A stretch of DNA of 64,000 nucleotides from Lytechinus pictus. Its lineage: Eukaryota. Every line of letters begins with the position of its first letter. Positions within the stretch are counted from its first letter, which is position 1. Below the pieces are notes generated by a model. That model ran no database searches. It saw only the letters and a program-made list of their open reading frames with translations, and had not been told where the DNA came from. Below, in pieces: positions 37,610-51,636 of the stretch. The position numbers and the translations under genes are program-made. The stretch is from assembly GCF_037042905.1 (NCBI RefSeq), contig NC_087246.1:69130001-69194000 (forward strand). Direction: 5' to 3'.

Positions 37610-40600
37610 TTTTAGAGGTTTTATTAAATACTCGCGTTGGAGTTTGAAAATATTGAAGAATTTGGTCCTAGTATTGTCTAGGAGAGGTTCCTGTGCGTAA
37701 CTCACATGGAGTCTAAAATTGGCATTGACTGTAAGTATTATGTGCATTCACGGTTATTGCTGATATTTTAGAAGGGTGTACCATACAATATTTCCGATGT
37801 ACCGGAAAGATGTACCATCATCTTAAAACAAACGGCGGTCGGGTGGGAAGGTATTGGGTAACCGGCATGTCCATGACCTCGAAACATTACTCTTCGTTTC
37901 GATTTCTTTCGGTTTTTTTTGCTCTCTAGTTTCTTGCATTTTATATGCTTGTGAACGAAATTAACGTTTGTAGGAACTGTAAAAATAGTTAATCGCGGGA
38001 AAGGTTCAGACATTTGCAAGAAGAATTTGACCGAATGGTGCCCTAGAGGGTATCAAAGGCATGATAACGAAGCATTAATATTTTGAAGACTATCACTATG
38101 GGAGCACTTTAATCCTAGTGCATATTCAATCTGTATTCCTGCTATCTATTCGTTTTGAGAAGTTTCGAAGGGTAACTTGATAAAGTTGTAGCGGCGTTAT
38201 ATATTAATTTTGTCACGTTCCTATATTTGCATAAGTAACTTCGAGGAATATATCGCGTTTGTCCCCGGTGATTTAATTAATAAGGACATACTTTCAAAGT
38301 TTACTCTATATGAATACGAATTCCTTTTTGAGATTGATGATCATTTGGCTGATAACGAAATGCGTGGATGTAAGGATTCATGCAATTTTTGTTAAGCTTT
38401 GATCATACGTGCTATCCATGATTTTCTTTGCACGGGAAATCAAAAGCAGATACTAGACTGTATTCTGTAGGCTTTTGCCTGTGGTCTCGAGCCAATACTC
38501 AGTCAATGTCACTGCGGTTGAATAAATCATGAATGTACTGTCACTGAAGAATTAGTTCTGAATCACAAGTGGCGAAGCTCCTCACCGTCGCAATGGATAA
38601 ATTTTGTCCTAATTTTTTTGTCTCCTTCCATGAATTACAATGAATTACATGGTGTGGATTATTAGAAAGCGACGAAACCCCAAAATGGTATGTTTCTGTT
38701 GCTTGGTAAATCGTCGCATGATTATTCAGAATCTTCCATCAACATCATGAACATACCGCTCTTGCATGTCAAGTACATGTAGTAGCTTACTAATGGAATT
38801 GACGTTTTCTCAGTAGCATACATTTTGTAAAATAGGGGGAAAGTCTTTGTTGGCTTTTGCCTCATATAATTATGTGCAAAAAATCTTTAAAAAACTTAAA
38901 CTATGTCCAGGACCATGTGATCAAATTGTAAGTTTTAAATCTTAAATGATGCAATTTTTTTTGACTTACAGTAGTAGTTGATATGGATTTCGTGAGAATA
39001 TGTTTTCCTGATAGTCGTGGTAACTATTCCCTGAATGGAGACGGAAGCAGCACGTTTTCATCGGGACCAGTGGTAACGTACTGTAACGTTGATAGAGTGG
39101 AATTTCTTATGTAACACGTCTCGGTAACGACGATTTACCGAGAGGGGAAATGGAGGTGAAAGGAAAGTTTGCATCACTTGAGGAAATTACGAAAGCAACG
39201 TGACTTGAGTTGTTTCTTGCTTCTCCCTCGTCATCTCTTATTCATGAGGTCGTTGCATCTCAGAGGATAGGTGAGTTCGGGACCGACGTGACGGATGAGT
39301 CATAGTTTGGGAAAAGAGGGCGCTTCTTAAAGTTCCGAGGACAAAAAACTCTGGAGGCAGGGACATATCCACGGAGGATTAGTCTATTGTTATAGGGGTG
39401 CTGAGCATTGTCACAGCACCCCCAGTAACAATAGATAATCCTCCGTGGCCAAGTCCATGTCTGGAGGAGTGACATTGGGCCTTTCGTATAAATCTTTGTT
39501 TGACCATACCACTCCAAGTCCTCCATTTTTCACTTGCTTAGAAAGCTCCATCTTATAGCGACATGTATGTATGTCAATAAAATGGGTAATAGGAGGTCAT
39601 CTCACTGTACGAGTTCGTGAAGTAATGCTGTTTTGGTGATATTCTCGTTTCATTCGGTGTTGTAAAGTTGACCGTTATCCATCAGAAGATCATAAGTGAT
39701 CCTATTACCCCTTAAGTCGTGAACAAGTTTCTAACCATGGCTAACGTTCATTGATGCAGTGACAAGTTGTATTTTTTTTTCAGACTGGTGTCGAAATTAT
39801 AGTACTGCCATCAGGAACATTACCTTGTAGACGTGTTGATACCGTCCTTGCCAATTGTTCATAATTATGATAATCAAAATGACCGTAGTACCAATACAGT
39901 CCATACGTTATAGAGAAAATCATCAATGTAAAATGCATTGAACTCTCAATTTACTGTCTTCATTGATTTGACGAGACGATATTTATTACTTAATATTGTG
40001 TAATGGGAAATGGAAGTCAATTAAAACAATTGGTTGGCATTAATTCTTTTGAAGAACATTGAATTTTGTTCAAAAGCAATGATAAAGCAGACGATGTTGA
40101 GATACGAGTTCGACGTATCTCGGTTCTGTTGTCATCCTCTTGTCATGCTTGTAATCATATGCAAGCTTTGCCATCTGGTAAGTGGTGGTACGATGGGCTT
40201 TCTTAAGGGTGTATTAATCATGTTGATCCACTTGATGCATGGGTTGCTTTGTGGCATTCACATCTATCCTTTTAAATAAATGCCAAATTGGACGCAGTTC
40301 CTTTAATATTCACGGAGGGTCCACATTGAAATACAGTGGAAAGCCGCATTGACCGCAATAAGGAGGGTATTTGGGATATCTTCGGCGTCCACAAGAGGAA
40401 AGTAGAGGTTGGACGACTCTGATCACGGTAAGAGACGTTGACAGGATGACGAGTACTCTCGGCTTCCATCTCTTGAGGCCTTCCTACCTGTAACCTCTTA
40501 TCCTCCGCAGGTGCAAAACATCGGCGTCGCCCAATTGCAGGAGAGGTGGTGCTTTTACATGACGGTACTACAAGCAGTTGTCACTCACAGAGTGTGTGTG

Positions 40601-43600
40601 TCTTGACATCACCTGTGGGTTGTGATCGTGGCATATTATTACTCTTAATTTACATTGACTTCACTCGCATACATATGATAGAAGAATTACTGCGGCTAAG
40701 ACGACATTAGTTTAGACATTCAAGAAAGAAGACTTTGATGTGGTAGAATTTCACTGGGTGGACAGCAAAGATGAAGCAATTTATATGACGACCCGATGAC
40801 GTGTTGAGGTCATTAACCCCGTAATCTTACACAGGTATTGAAACATTTTAAATCTTTGTATCCATTACCTCCTGGGTTATCTAAACATTAATATCTTTGT
40901 TATTATTTTGTTTGAAAATAACATACTATTCCTTTCCAACAATGGGCATAGATAGTAGTACAATACATTATTATCATTGATGTCATATATTTGATTTAAT
41001 TCAGAACTGTTTCAGGAGTGCCGAAGCGAGGATTAATGAATGATGCTCGCATTCCATTGAGATATTGGGTTACACCTTTACCTGATTTTATACATACAGC
41101 TATAAAAGGTCCACTTTTCCCTTGGGCAAATATGCAATTAATTTCAATAGAGAATCCCCAAGGATACCCCCATCACTGACTTAATTTGATGTAATTGCGT
41201 TGATGGAATCATGTTTCGTAATTATTCACGTTTGTCTTTTATTTCTTAAGAAAATAAATCCCTCGTGAATGGCAATATTTTCAGCTGTCTAACACAGAAA
41301 GAAGAAGACAACGAGCAATAAGTACTAAGGACTATCGTGAAAATATACACTGACTGACTGGACTACCGCAGGCAAATGTGCTATCCTGCAGATGCCCATG
41401 GTAACAGTGAAAACATTCATGCAAATCGATACTTGTAATTAATGGTGAAATCATGGGGGTGTTTATACATGAAATTATTTCTCTAGGGGTCACGCTACAC
41501 CCGCCTGGCGCCTGTCTGCGACAACATAATTGCTGTCACCACCCCTCTGTTATTCACATACTTTTTCTTTATATTCCATGGTAGACCCATGAATGATTTC
41601 ATGGTTTCAGGACAAATTCAGATTCCCGATGTCTTGGAGGTGTCTTACTCATACTGATTTCCGAGCGATGTTCGCAGGGAAAATTTGTGATTAATTAGTA
41701 ACATCTCCATGAGTGCATCTATCCGGAAACCCTCTTGGCGTACCCTTCCATTCGTGTGAATACGCGCTCTGGTGAAGAATGCGCGCCAAACTATTCTATA
41801 ACGTTCTCCGATATTGAAGGTGACAAAGACACTGGCCTGATATTTATAGAGTAAACAGTGTAAACATGGGTATTGGCGCTTTTATTCCCTCGCGATATTG
41901 AATCTTAGGTGACCCCGAAGAAAGTGATCAGTCATTCTGAATTTCAATTAAAAAAATCGGTAGTGTGGCATGGCGAAGAATCTGTGCTAAATCGACAGAT
42001 TTAAGACCATTAGAACACTGGAATTCGTGACAGAAGATATCCAGGAAAGGTAACTTAGCTTTGACCCAGAGGCATACAGTGGTTACATTGGGACTAACCT
42101 TATATACCTTTGTCTTGGCACGTAGTTGATCGTGTCTCATGGTACCTACCGTTGTCAAGTGTATTTTTCCTGCGAAGCAAATTTCGTTTCAAAGATTCGA
42201 TGTACAGATATCTGCGTTGGTTACAGATTATAATATAAGAAACTGAATTGACTGTTTGGTATTGAAAGTATGATGTGACACCTATAGAAAAGAGTGACAG
42301 GAAGGCTTGATCAGCAATTCATCTAATTTACTATACTGAACACAACTGAGTGATGATAATACGTATTGATCGATTTTAGTGTCGCATTAGCAGTAAATAT
42401 CGATTTACCGTTTGCTGGTTGTCTTTTGCAAATCAATTACTGCTGTGGATTATTAGTGTGAAATACAATGTGTTATTAGTTGTAATGTAGGTGCTTTACC
42501 TTTGCACATCATAATGCGTTAATGCGAAACATTTAATATCTGATGCATATTGTCATTGGCAATAATGATAACATAATAATGACGTTAACGATGAAGGTGG
42601 TATCAACTGATGAACAATATTGTCAATTTGTATAAAGGGGTTGTACATGTCGTCACGCCTCTGGGGATACCGGATCGAAAAGATGAGCTCTTATTACTGC
42701 TCTTTGGAATAAAAATGTCATGATTTAGGGTGGATTTAAGTTACATATCTTCTGTCTTCCTAAAAGCAAATAGAGTCCTAAAAGCATATAGAGGATGTTA
42801 TTAGAAGACGAAATCTTTCTGATGACAGACATGCATGTTGTAATGTAAAAGGAGAAGGAGGGCATTGGTTTGCGTGAAGGAATCGGCGTGAAAGATTATC
42901 GCCGCTCGGAAGGCGAAACAGGAAACAGAATTCGGTCGAAATGCGTGCTAGTGGAGGGGGTAATCCAGAATGACAACAATTTTGAGACAAATCTCACGTC
43001 CCGATTCTCGTTATTGAATTCTTCGATTTTGCCAGGTCGGAAAATGATAAATTGATAAAGTGCCTGTCATCAGGAGCTGTTCATTAATTTTACTTGTGAG
43101 GATAGTCAACTTTCGTGATTTTTCATCTGTTTGAGACAGAGTGACAAAATTAAAGAAATCACCCTCCGCCTTTGGCTAAAGGTCCCCTCTAACATGTCTA
43201 AGGGATGGAATTGTATATGTACATTCTCTGAATCTGTGGACATGTTTGATATTATTTCGTACTCGCATCATGGTATTGATAAATTACTGAAGAGTGAAAC
43301 CTTATTTTCCTTGTCTACTTCTCCATTTCTTTATTATAAAAATCGATAAGTTATTTACAAAAAAGGCGACATGCTAGGTATTTTTCTATCTTTACCATGG
43401 TTACTTTATGTACTTGATTAGGTGAGATCAAATTAATCAATTGGTTACTGCCAAGACGATTTTTCATAAGGCAGTAACGTTTGACACAAGAAAACGTTAC
43501 CAGTCGTGTGCACATGTATATTTTAGTCGCATGTAACTTTTCTGACACTTATAGCATTATTTCCATGTGTGTTAATCTGTATTATTAACTTTCATCATGT

Positions 43601-46600
43601 AACAGTTCTTACTCATGCGAACATGGCGAACGTCCGTCCCTCTTTTTCAATTGGGGTTAGTGAACACACTGATTGGATACTGGATAATATGTGTATTTCA
43701 CGTGTCTTTTTAGTGTATTTTTGACTCCCTATCATGCTTCCTCTCAATTTGATGTCAACCACAACTCTTTTAATGTCTATCATAATTTTGTACCATTTCT
43801 CCTCTGCGTTCCTATTTTCACCTTTGATCACCCGCTCTCAAACTCGCTGAGTATTGATAAGATCCTCTAAAGTTTAATGCACTTTTGATATCATTCACAT
43901 AGATTGGAATCGCATGCGCCCTGAACCATAAACATTCATCGGAATTCCTTCTCTCATTAAACCAGCTTGGTATACTACCACATCCATGCGGCAGTAATAC
44001 GCGATTAATGTTTCTCATGGTGCCAATACCGACCTCGATACGTAAGAAAAACAAACTATTATTGGAATTTGATTACACCAGGGGCGGGAAAATATGATGA
44101 ACTTGGCAGCCCTCCTCATCTCTAATGAGATCATGATAGTACCGAGGCACCATGCCCAAACATTTCTTATGTACTTTTTGGTAGCGATAATTCGCAAGGA
44201 TGCTGGTTGTTTACTTGCCGTTGAGGGCCCAATAAATGGAGCGCCACTCGTGCTGGGTAGAAAGAAAAACATGCACAAGATGAGTCACAAATGATTTGAA
44301 ATAATTCAGCGGAAGTAATGTCACCTGCCCATGCGCGCTTCACTTGCTAAAAGGGTTAAGATATTTCGCAATTTGTTAATGGGGAAAAAGAATAGATGAT
44401 TGGTTGAGTGACGTTAGAAATTGGTAAATTTCTACCTTTTTTTACGTGATTAACGATAATTTGGTAAAGTGGCCAGGTGGAATTTAAGCGGTATGGGTAA
44501 TTTGTTCTGCGCTGAACTTGACTTGGCCATTTCACCTCTGATGTTATCGGTCATTTTTCAGATCTAAATCTAGTTAAAATGTCTCCTCTGACATGGTTCT
44601 TAAGGAAATGTACACAAAATTATGTTATTCCCAAACTCCCTTTATACCGCTCATATAATACATGAATAAACATTTTTCTCTGATGACCAATATTACAGAT
44701 CTAGGCCAATCAGTTGCAATGGTTATTCGTCACGCATCATCTGATAAATGATGGACATGAAGTTCAATACGTTATCTTGAAATCATCCCTTTCCGGAAGA
44801 CGGAAAATTAATGTAGTGGTATCGGGTGGGGGGGGGGGGGGGCTACTGGATTAGAGGCACGAAAATTAAATCCCCGATCTTTCATTCTCCAATGTGAAAA
44901 TTTTAAATGCATTAATGACACAGTTCGCGTAAAAGTATGACCTACTTTCCTGTTGTAAATTATAAACATCTGCCCTAAATTCTATTTTATGTTATGCCCC
45001 TTAGTATGATCTTGCCCAGAGAAGCACTTAAAGTACAAAAACCCCTGGTTAAAACTGACTCGGAAGAAGAAGACGATAAAATTTGCAAGGAAGATCTCGG
45101 AGGAATGGGTAATTGAAATGGCACGATTTCCATTCAGAAGAACTCGTGTGAACTCGCCAGGGAATGGAAGGTTTGAATTTCAAATAATGTGCCTTTTTTA
45201 GATCGATTTGAGACAAATCTAGATGTAAGTGCATAATCTCGAATAATGGAATGATCAATTTCAAAGAAAGAATATATCTTGATAGGATAAGAGAGAGAGA
45301 ATGTGTGTTTGTGATGCATTTGCTTGTTTGGATCCGGTGGGTGAAGATGTTTGGAGTCAAATGGGTCAAAACCCAATTATCAGGCCTTCAGTTCCGATAT
45401 TTTTAAGGGCAAGACCACTTTTCAACAGGGCACTTTTCTATATTAGAGCTGAACGTGAATAAAAATAGGGAGTACAACAAATCACTAAGGTCAATGAGAG
45501 GGTCACTGTGGCCAGTCAACAGGGCATCCATAGCCAATGCCTTCGATGTTCTTGGATTAATTTAAGATTTGGCATATAATTTTTATACAGACTTTACGTT
45601 TAAAGCTTCGTCAAAAGTGACCCCACCATTTTTCAGACTATTTTTGGTCACCTGCCTCCTTTATACCCGTATCCTCTTCCTCCTCGAGATTTGAAGACGA
45701 GAAAGACATATTGTAACTAGCATGAATACTAGCTATATTATGATTGACTACAGACTTAGCCCTGTTACCATGGCTGTTGCCATATAAATGGCAAAGTTAC
45801 CATAGTTGTAAATCATTATGGAAGGAACCCCAGATCTAGCTCGCCAACCGTCGCGACTGTAAAGTGTGAACGCTAATGAATCGATCTTCTTACACTGAAT
45901 CAGGTGGAAGCGGTTCAGGAAAGTCATTGTGAACGAGGTTGGACCATTCTTTCCCCAATTGTGAGATATTTTCATTTTTTTAAATTACATTTATAGTATA
46001 TGTATTAACCAAGGGAAGGAACCCCCTGGTAAATGAAACATTTCATTGCCTTATACGTCGTCCTCCCTCTTACCGATTCGATTTCTTTCCTCCATCTTTT
46101 CTTTCTGTGCCACCCTTCTCGTTTCCAACATTTCCATTCATTTTAACATCTCTTCGACCCAATCGCCTGCCATTATTACGTCCCTTCCTTCATCACTTTT
46201 CAAGAGCGGATGAAAGCATTAAGATGCACTCCTCAGGCAAGTTTTGCACTTCCCTGGTGGCGCAATATATTGTTCAATATTTGATGAACGATTGTCAATA
46301 AATAAAATGGTGTCCGTTTCAAGTCGCCAGTGCGCCAGAGAGGGGTGTGAGCCTTGCGAAGCCAGCGAGGTTGCTCATCCTGAAATTAGCTACAGAGTAA
46401 CTTTCCGGTTTCGGCGGATTCCCCTGGTATCTATATCTTTGCAGGATGCGATATCATTGTTTACCAACAAATATCTCTTATACCTCTATGGCTGTCACGG
46501 TGTGTATTTGGGGATCATTATATCATTCTCGTGGGCTCACGTTCAATGAAAATATGAGAACTTTTTCGTAGTGCGTTGCCTTCTATTTACTTATCACAGA

Positions 46601-49600
46601 ACCGTTTCTCTGCATTTCCACAACTCTAACTCTAAGTTCCTATTCTCCAAATCTTCTTTGGAATTCTCGTTGACTAGTTCGAATTTCGGGCTACGTTTCA
46701 CGTTCCCATAATTCGTGAAGTGCTGAATGAATAAAAAGGGCGATTGGGCTCTTTTCAAATGTTGGTTTGACGCGCAACACTCTCCATGCGTGGAGATCAG
46801 AGCAAACTAAGCGATTGGATGTCTTGCGTGAATCTCGAGCAGGAAGCGGGCACTCCGTAAATTCTCGAGTGCCGAACTTTCGTACACTTTTCATCCAGCA
46901 TGTCCAGTTTGCTGTGTTCACTGCGATTCCGACTTTGTAGGAACCAATACGCCAAGGTTTTTTTGCGCGTGAGAGAACCCTCGGGAGATTCATCCCAGCT
47001 TAAAAAACCCTGGGGGTAAAGATGTTCTAATGACCAGGTGATAGGTTACTAATTACCGACAACTCTTGTCTGTTAGTGTTCCAGCCCTTACCAGTGAATA
47101 AGGACAAACAGGTCCGATTGACTTTCATGCATTCAAGCCATCTCAACAATACTCTGTCATATCTGTGTAGGATAGTTACAAGGGTATTATTTATCACTTA
47201 GTCCTCTGATCTACGAATTGTTCACCTTAGCTTTAGTTATTTTTCAAGATATTATCGAAAGATGTTTTCATTGAGTTAACGCATTAGGAAAGAAGAAGGA
47301 GAAAATTTGATGTCTGACCATGAACGTTTATTACGCGATGAATTCCATTTGTGTTCTGGATGTCTTTGTCCTATGCATCCACTGTTAATCAAACACAGTT
47401 CAAAATTTCAGCAACTTTTCTTACAATGCTGATTAACTCTGACAAAAATCCTTGGTACAGTTTGCACGAAGTAAACACAAACATCTTGAGTGTGGATCAA
47501 GACAAAGATAGGGTGTTTGCAAGTTCAGTGGGCAAATCTGCTTGTCAGCAGCAAATGCAGTCGTATTTTGAATGCTCATATTTGGTTGTTCAGATCATGT
47601 TACAAACTACAAAACATTGCAAACATACTGGATGAAAACCTGTTGAAATCAAATACCTAGAGAAGCACCGAACCAACATGACTGCTCAAGATACGGACTG
47701 TAAAGATTTTCTCTGCTTTAGTCAGGAATGTATTTACAGTGAGCGAGTTCCACCTGATGATCTGTCGCGTAATTAGCACAACCAATTACCAATGGGTTAC
47801 CTCATTGGTATTAGTAAAGGAAGACCGTAAGTAGTAAATTATTGCTTAGGCCAAGTTAGGGTTCATTCGTGAATCCTGAAGTGTTGAGATCTAGTAGAAA
47901 TGCTTAGCCATGATATTTTATCAATAATATGGTCAAGAGTTGCTGCTTTCTACTCGGGTTTTTATTATTTGTTACCTGACAAAGGACGTGGATAATAAAA
48001 GGAATTCATTACTATTGAAAGTAATCAAGAAGTATAGTTTCATTTTCATATGTTGATATGAAGTTGGAAAATAAAGAAATCATACTTCTGGTTTTATTTT
48101 TGTCTTTTGACTCGGAACCGTTAAATACCGAAAACTCATCACGAACTTCAGCCAGTTTTAACAGTAGGCCTATATATCACAGTGCCCACATAGTCCATTT
48201 ATTACATTACTTTAGTCTCGGGGCCGAGGGGGCACGTTTTCTAATTTTGCGGTAGCTGGTTCATACTTACCGACGAAAGAAATCGATACGAACGCCTTGT
48301 GGCGAGTCTAGTTTGGGGGTAAGAGGACAGTCACTTTCGAGTAGAATATTGCTAGAGATGTTGATGAAGGTGAGAGCAAGTGGAAGGAACAGACATTATT
48401 GTGATGTAGAATTGTTTGAGAGAAGATTTATTAGGTATTTGTTCGGAGGGGAAATGAATCAAATACGCCGACGAAGCTATTAGAAAAATGGCGTAAGAAA
48501 AGCCACCGACTGATGAAATTCGACAATGAAAGAGGGGGAAGGCATCCCTGAGCGCAATCATGATAAGAAATGGAGACAGGGATTCGTGGGATAAGGGAAC
48601 CCCCTAGTGTTTGAGATTAAACAATCAAATTGGAATAAGAGCGGTTGCTTAAATGTTGCACAGGTAGCATTCTCTTTGATAGATTGTAAGTGATGAGCTC
48701 TTGTTGGGGATAGTTGGTACTATGAATCGAAGGTGATACATGAGATGCATTTTCCGGAGGGTTAGCATATTAGCATTAACATCTTCCCATGAATTCAATT
48801 CAAACTCCATTTCAGGAAATAACTGAGACCCTCTTTCATTATATCCCAATGATATTCACGATGATTTAGTAAATATTAGGCCGGATATATTTGGTTATCT
48901 GCAAGAATACCCAGAGCAGGCTTGACAAGAAGGCCGCCTCTGCATCATCTAATGAAATTTCATCTCATCTAATGCCTTTTCCAACGGCTGCTGATAAAAA
49001 AGAGCCGCGTGTCTATCTCAATGCCTCTCTAACAGCGTTTTAAGAAATCTTCTCAGTCTTGCGGAATCAGGATCATCCGGTTATCTTATCTGTTTGTGTA
49101 CGTCTAAGTATCGACTAGATGAGATGTATATATAAAACATGAAACGATTAGCCTGGGTTGTGGCAGGTGGATGTAATAGTGTAGACGACTGTCTGGCTAA
49201 GCCGGTGTACCTTCGATAATATCCATTTCCTTTATTCCTTATGTTACTTACCGTGATCCTGGTATATTGAAATACAGAACAGAAGCTCGATTGGTGGGTG
49301 TTATAAAGTTTACCGTTTTGGTGGAAGAATACTATACGAAAAAGTTTCTTATTAAAATGAATTTCCGAATGATACCTTAAACGGATACGAAAATGCACAT
49401 GGCATACTCAACTTTTGACATATTCAGCTTTGAAGATTGCTCAACTTTATTATTGTGTTCAGGTTGGAAGTGGTGAATAATTAAGACAGCTCAGAAGTTG
49501 ATTTTAATGGTAAGATGATGAAGAATCGTATCACCTTCCAAAATAGCAATATGCATTCCATTTTAGTAAAAATTTATTGTCATTCCAATATGATAAAGGT

Positions 49601-49924
49601 CTCTTTAAAATCAGTCCGGTCTTCGAGAGTAGTTGTCTTCACAAAAATAGAGGTTCCTTTCAAGGTTGTTGAGTTGAACGACCGCCAAATAATCAATTTT
49701 TATTGGTTTCTTTAGAAATCGTTTTAGTAGCTGTCCGGAGTTTACAGGCATGATATGAATAGAAAAAATTAATTCGCATGGCGGTTTTATCCATCGAAAC
49801 ATGCTATAGTCATAGGAACGTGGAGATATTGGCACAGAATCCTCAACCACACTACGAGTACTGTAGGCGGTAGCTTCCTATTTTCTTTGTACTAAAACTT
49901 GTTTGAAACCAACAGCCGATATTA

Positions 49925-50594
49925 GACCCCTGTTACATCTGAGAGATTCCCTACCTCGGGCCGGCCCGGGGCCTACCTCGGGTCGGAAAGAAATCAGATG
50001 TAAACATCCCAAACCTACCTCGGGCCACCTTTTAGCGAACCTACCCGAGACCACATCAAGAGGTAGTCTCGGGTAGGTATCGGGCCGGCCCCGGTCCACC
50101 GATTCGTAGATGTAAACGCACACTAAGCTTTCAAACCTATCTCGGTCCGTTCGCCAGCTGTCAAATTACGTCATAGCGCGCGCTATCCCCTCCCCAGCCC
50201 CGTCGTTCTTCGAATGTTTTGCGGCTTTTGACATGTGAATTGTGATTGATAAAGTCTTTGATTTTAGTGGAAAGAAGGAAGCACTTTAAACGTATTCTTT
50301 TCAAATCGATCATATCTTCAACGACTGCTGGGATCATCAGCATGCTTCCAGAATAACGAAATGTAAACAACTTCAATTAGCGCGCGCAAATTATTCAGAG
50401 CCTAGATCGAGAGTGCCCTCAATCGGATACCGCTCGAAACCGTACCGATAGGGGAGGGAATGAACGCTGTGATGTAAACAGACCACATTTCGGACTCGGT
50501 CCGTTCGCGAAGCTAATCCACCAATAATCCAGTCAAGGTTGCAAGTGGACTCGGTCGGGTCTCGGGTAGGAAACTTTCAGATGTAACAGGGGCC
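49925..50594. mobile_element. PIF/Harbinger-like MITE
   Basis: TIRs GACCCCTGTTACATCTGA / TCAGATGTAACAGGGGCC, TTA on both flanks, and repeated internal CTACCTCGGG and GATGTAAAC motifs. Confidence 0.8.
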
Positions 50595-50842
50595 TTAGTT
50601 ATGTGCTAATGAAGAATACATTTTTTGAAGGTATGAAAAGCGAAACTAAAAAGAGAGATTTTCATTGATGAAAGTCATCTAGATGACATTTACGGTAGTT
50701 CCTTCATTATGAATTGGAAGCTGGGATCCCAGCAAGGCATCAGAGACATCCTGGTGGGATCCCTGGTAACATACCGCCGTTCTAGGGTCGTTGGAGGTCA
50801 TGTAGGATACAAGGGGTCAGTAAATAGGCAATCGCAGAAGTG

Positions 50843-51249
50843 GGAAAATTGCCAATTCGTCTACTGCCAACTCGTCCACTCAAATCATGATCTACTTTCA
50901 TTTAGTTTAATGTCATTTCGTGCATCAACATTTCGTCTAACAACTATTTGGTCCAATCATCACTTCGTCTAATCACCATTTCGTCTATGACCATTTCGTC
51001 TCATAACCAGTTGGGTCTAATATCCATTTCATTTTCATACATTTTGCACAATTTAACACTTTAATAGTCCAATTAGACCAAATGGTATATGGACTAAATG
51101 GCTATTGGACCAACTGGTTATTAGACCAAATGGCATTATACTAAATGAAAGTAGACCATGTGGTGAGTGGACGAACGGATGGTAGACCAGATGATAGTAG
51201 ACAAGTTGGCAATTGGACGAATTGACATTAGACGAATTGGAAATAAACT
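50843..51249. mobile_element. MULE-like MITE with ~15-bp subterminal repeats
   Basis: Perfect 9-bp TSD GCAGAAGTG (50834-42, 51250-58). CCAATTCGTCTA-type units on the left arm, TAGACGAATTGG-type units on the right. Confidence 0.85.
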
Positions 51250-51368
51250 GCAGAAGTGTGGTGGGTGGGATGTACGGCTCGCTACATACATCAACATTCT
51301 TCGACTTTGAAATTGGAAAGATAAGGGTTTTTTTGCATTTCCTTGCGCACTTAAAGAAGTTTAATTCA

Positions 51369-51636
51369 TACTCTCTTAATGCAAAGTAGCTTATCTATTC
51401 CCTAATTACACTCCTCTCAGAGTGAGATGAGGGACCAGTCCTGATGGAGTGAGATTTCGGTCTTTCTTTTCAAGAGTGTATTTTCATCTCCTTTGGAGTG
51501 AAAGTGTAAAAAAAGATGCACACTTTAACTTCATACTTGAAAGACCGAAATCTCACTCCATCAGGACTGGTCCCTCAATTCACTCTGAGAGGGGTGCGAT
51601 TAGGGACCAGATTAACTCTTTTGCTTTTAGAGAGTA
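51369..51636. mobile_element. Palindromic MITE (~110-bp TIRs)
   Basis: TACTCTC...GAGGGACCAGTCCTGATGGAGTGAGATTTCGGTCTTTC pairs with GAAAGACCGAAATCTCACTCCATCAGGACTGGTCCCTC...GAGAGTA. Confidence 0.8.

Noticed and set aside
40511-40710. Candidate exon 2 after the acceptor-like TTATCCTCCGCAG
   Set aside because: The phase-compatible reading (GAKHRRRPIAGEVVLL...) shows no recognisable domain and no strong donor. Cannot be supported without RNA data.
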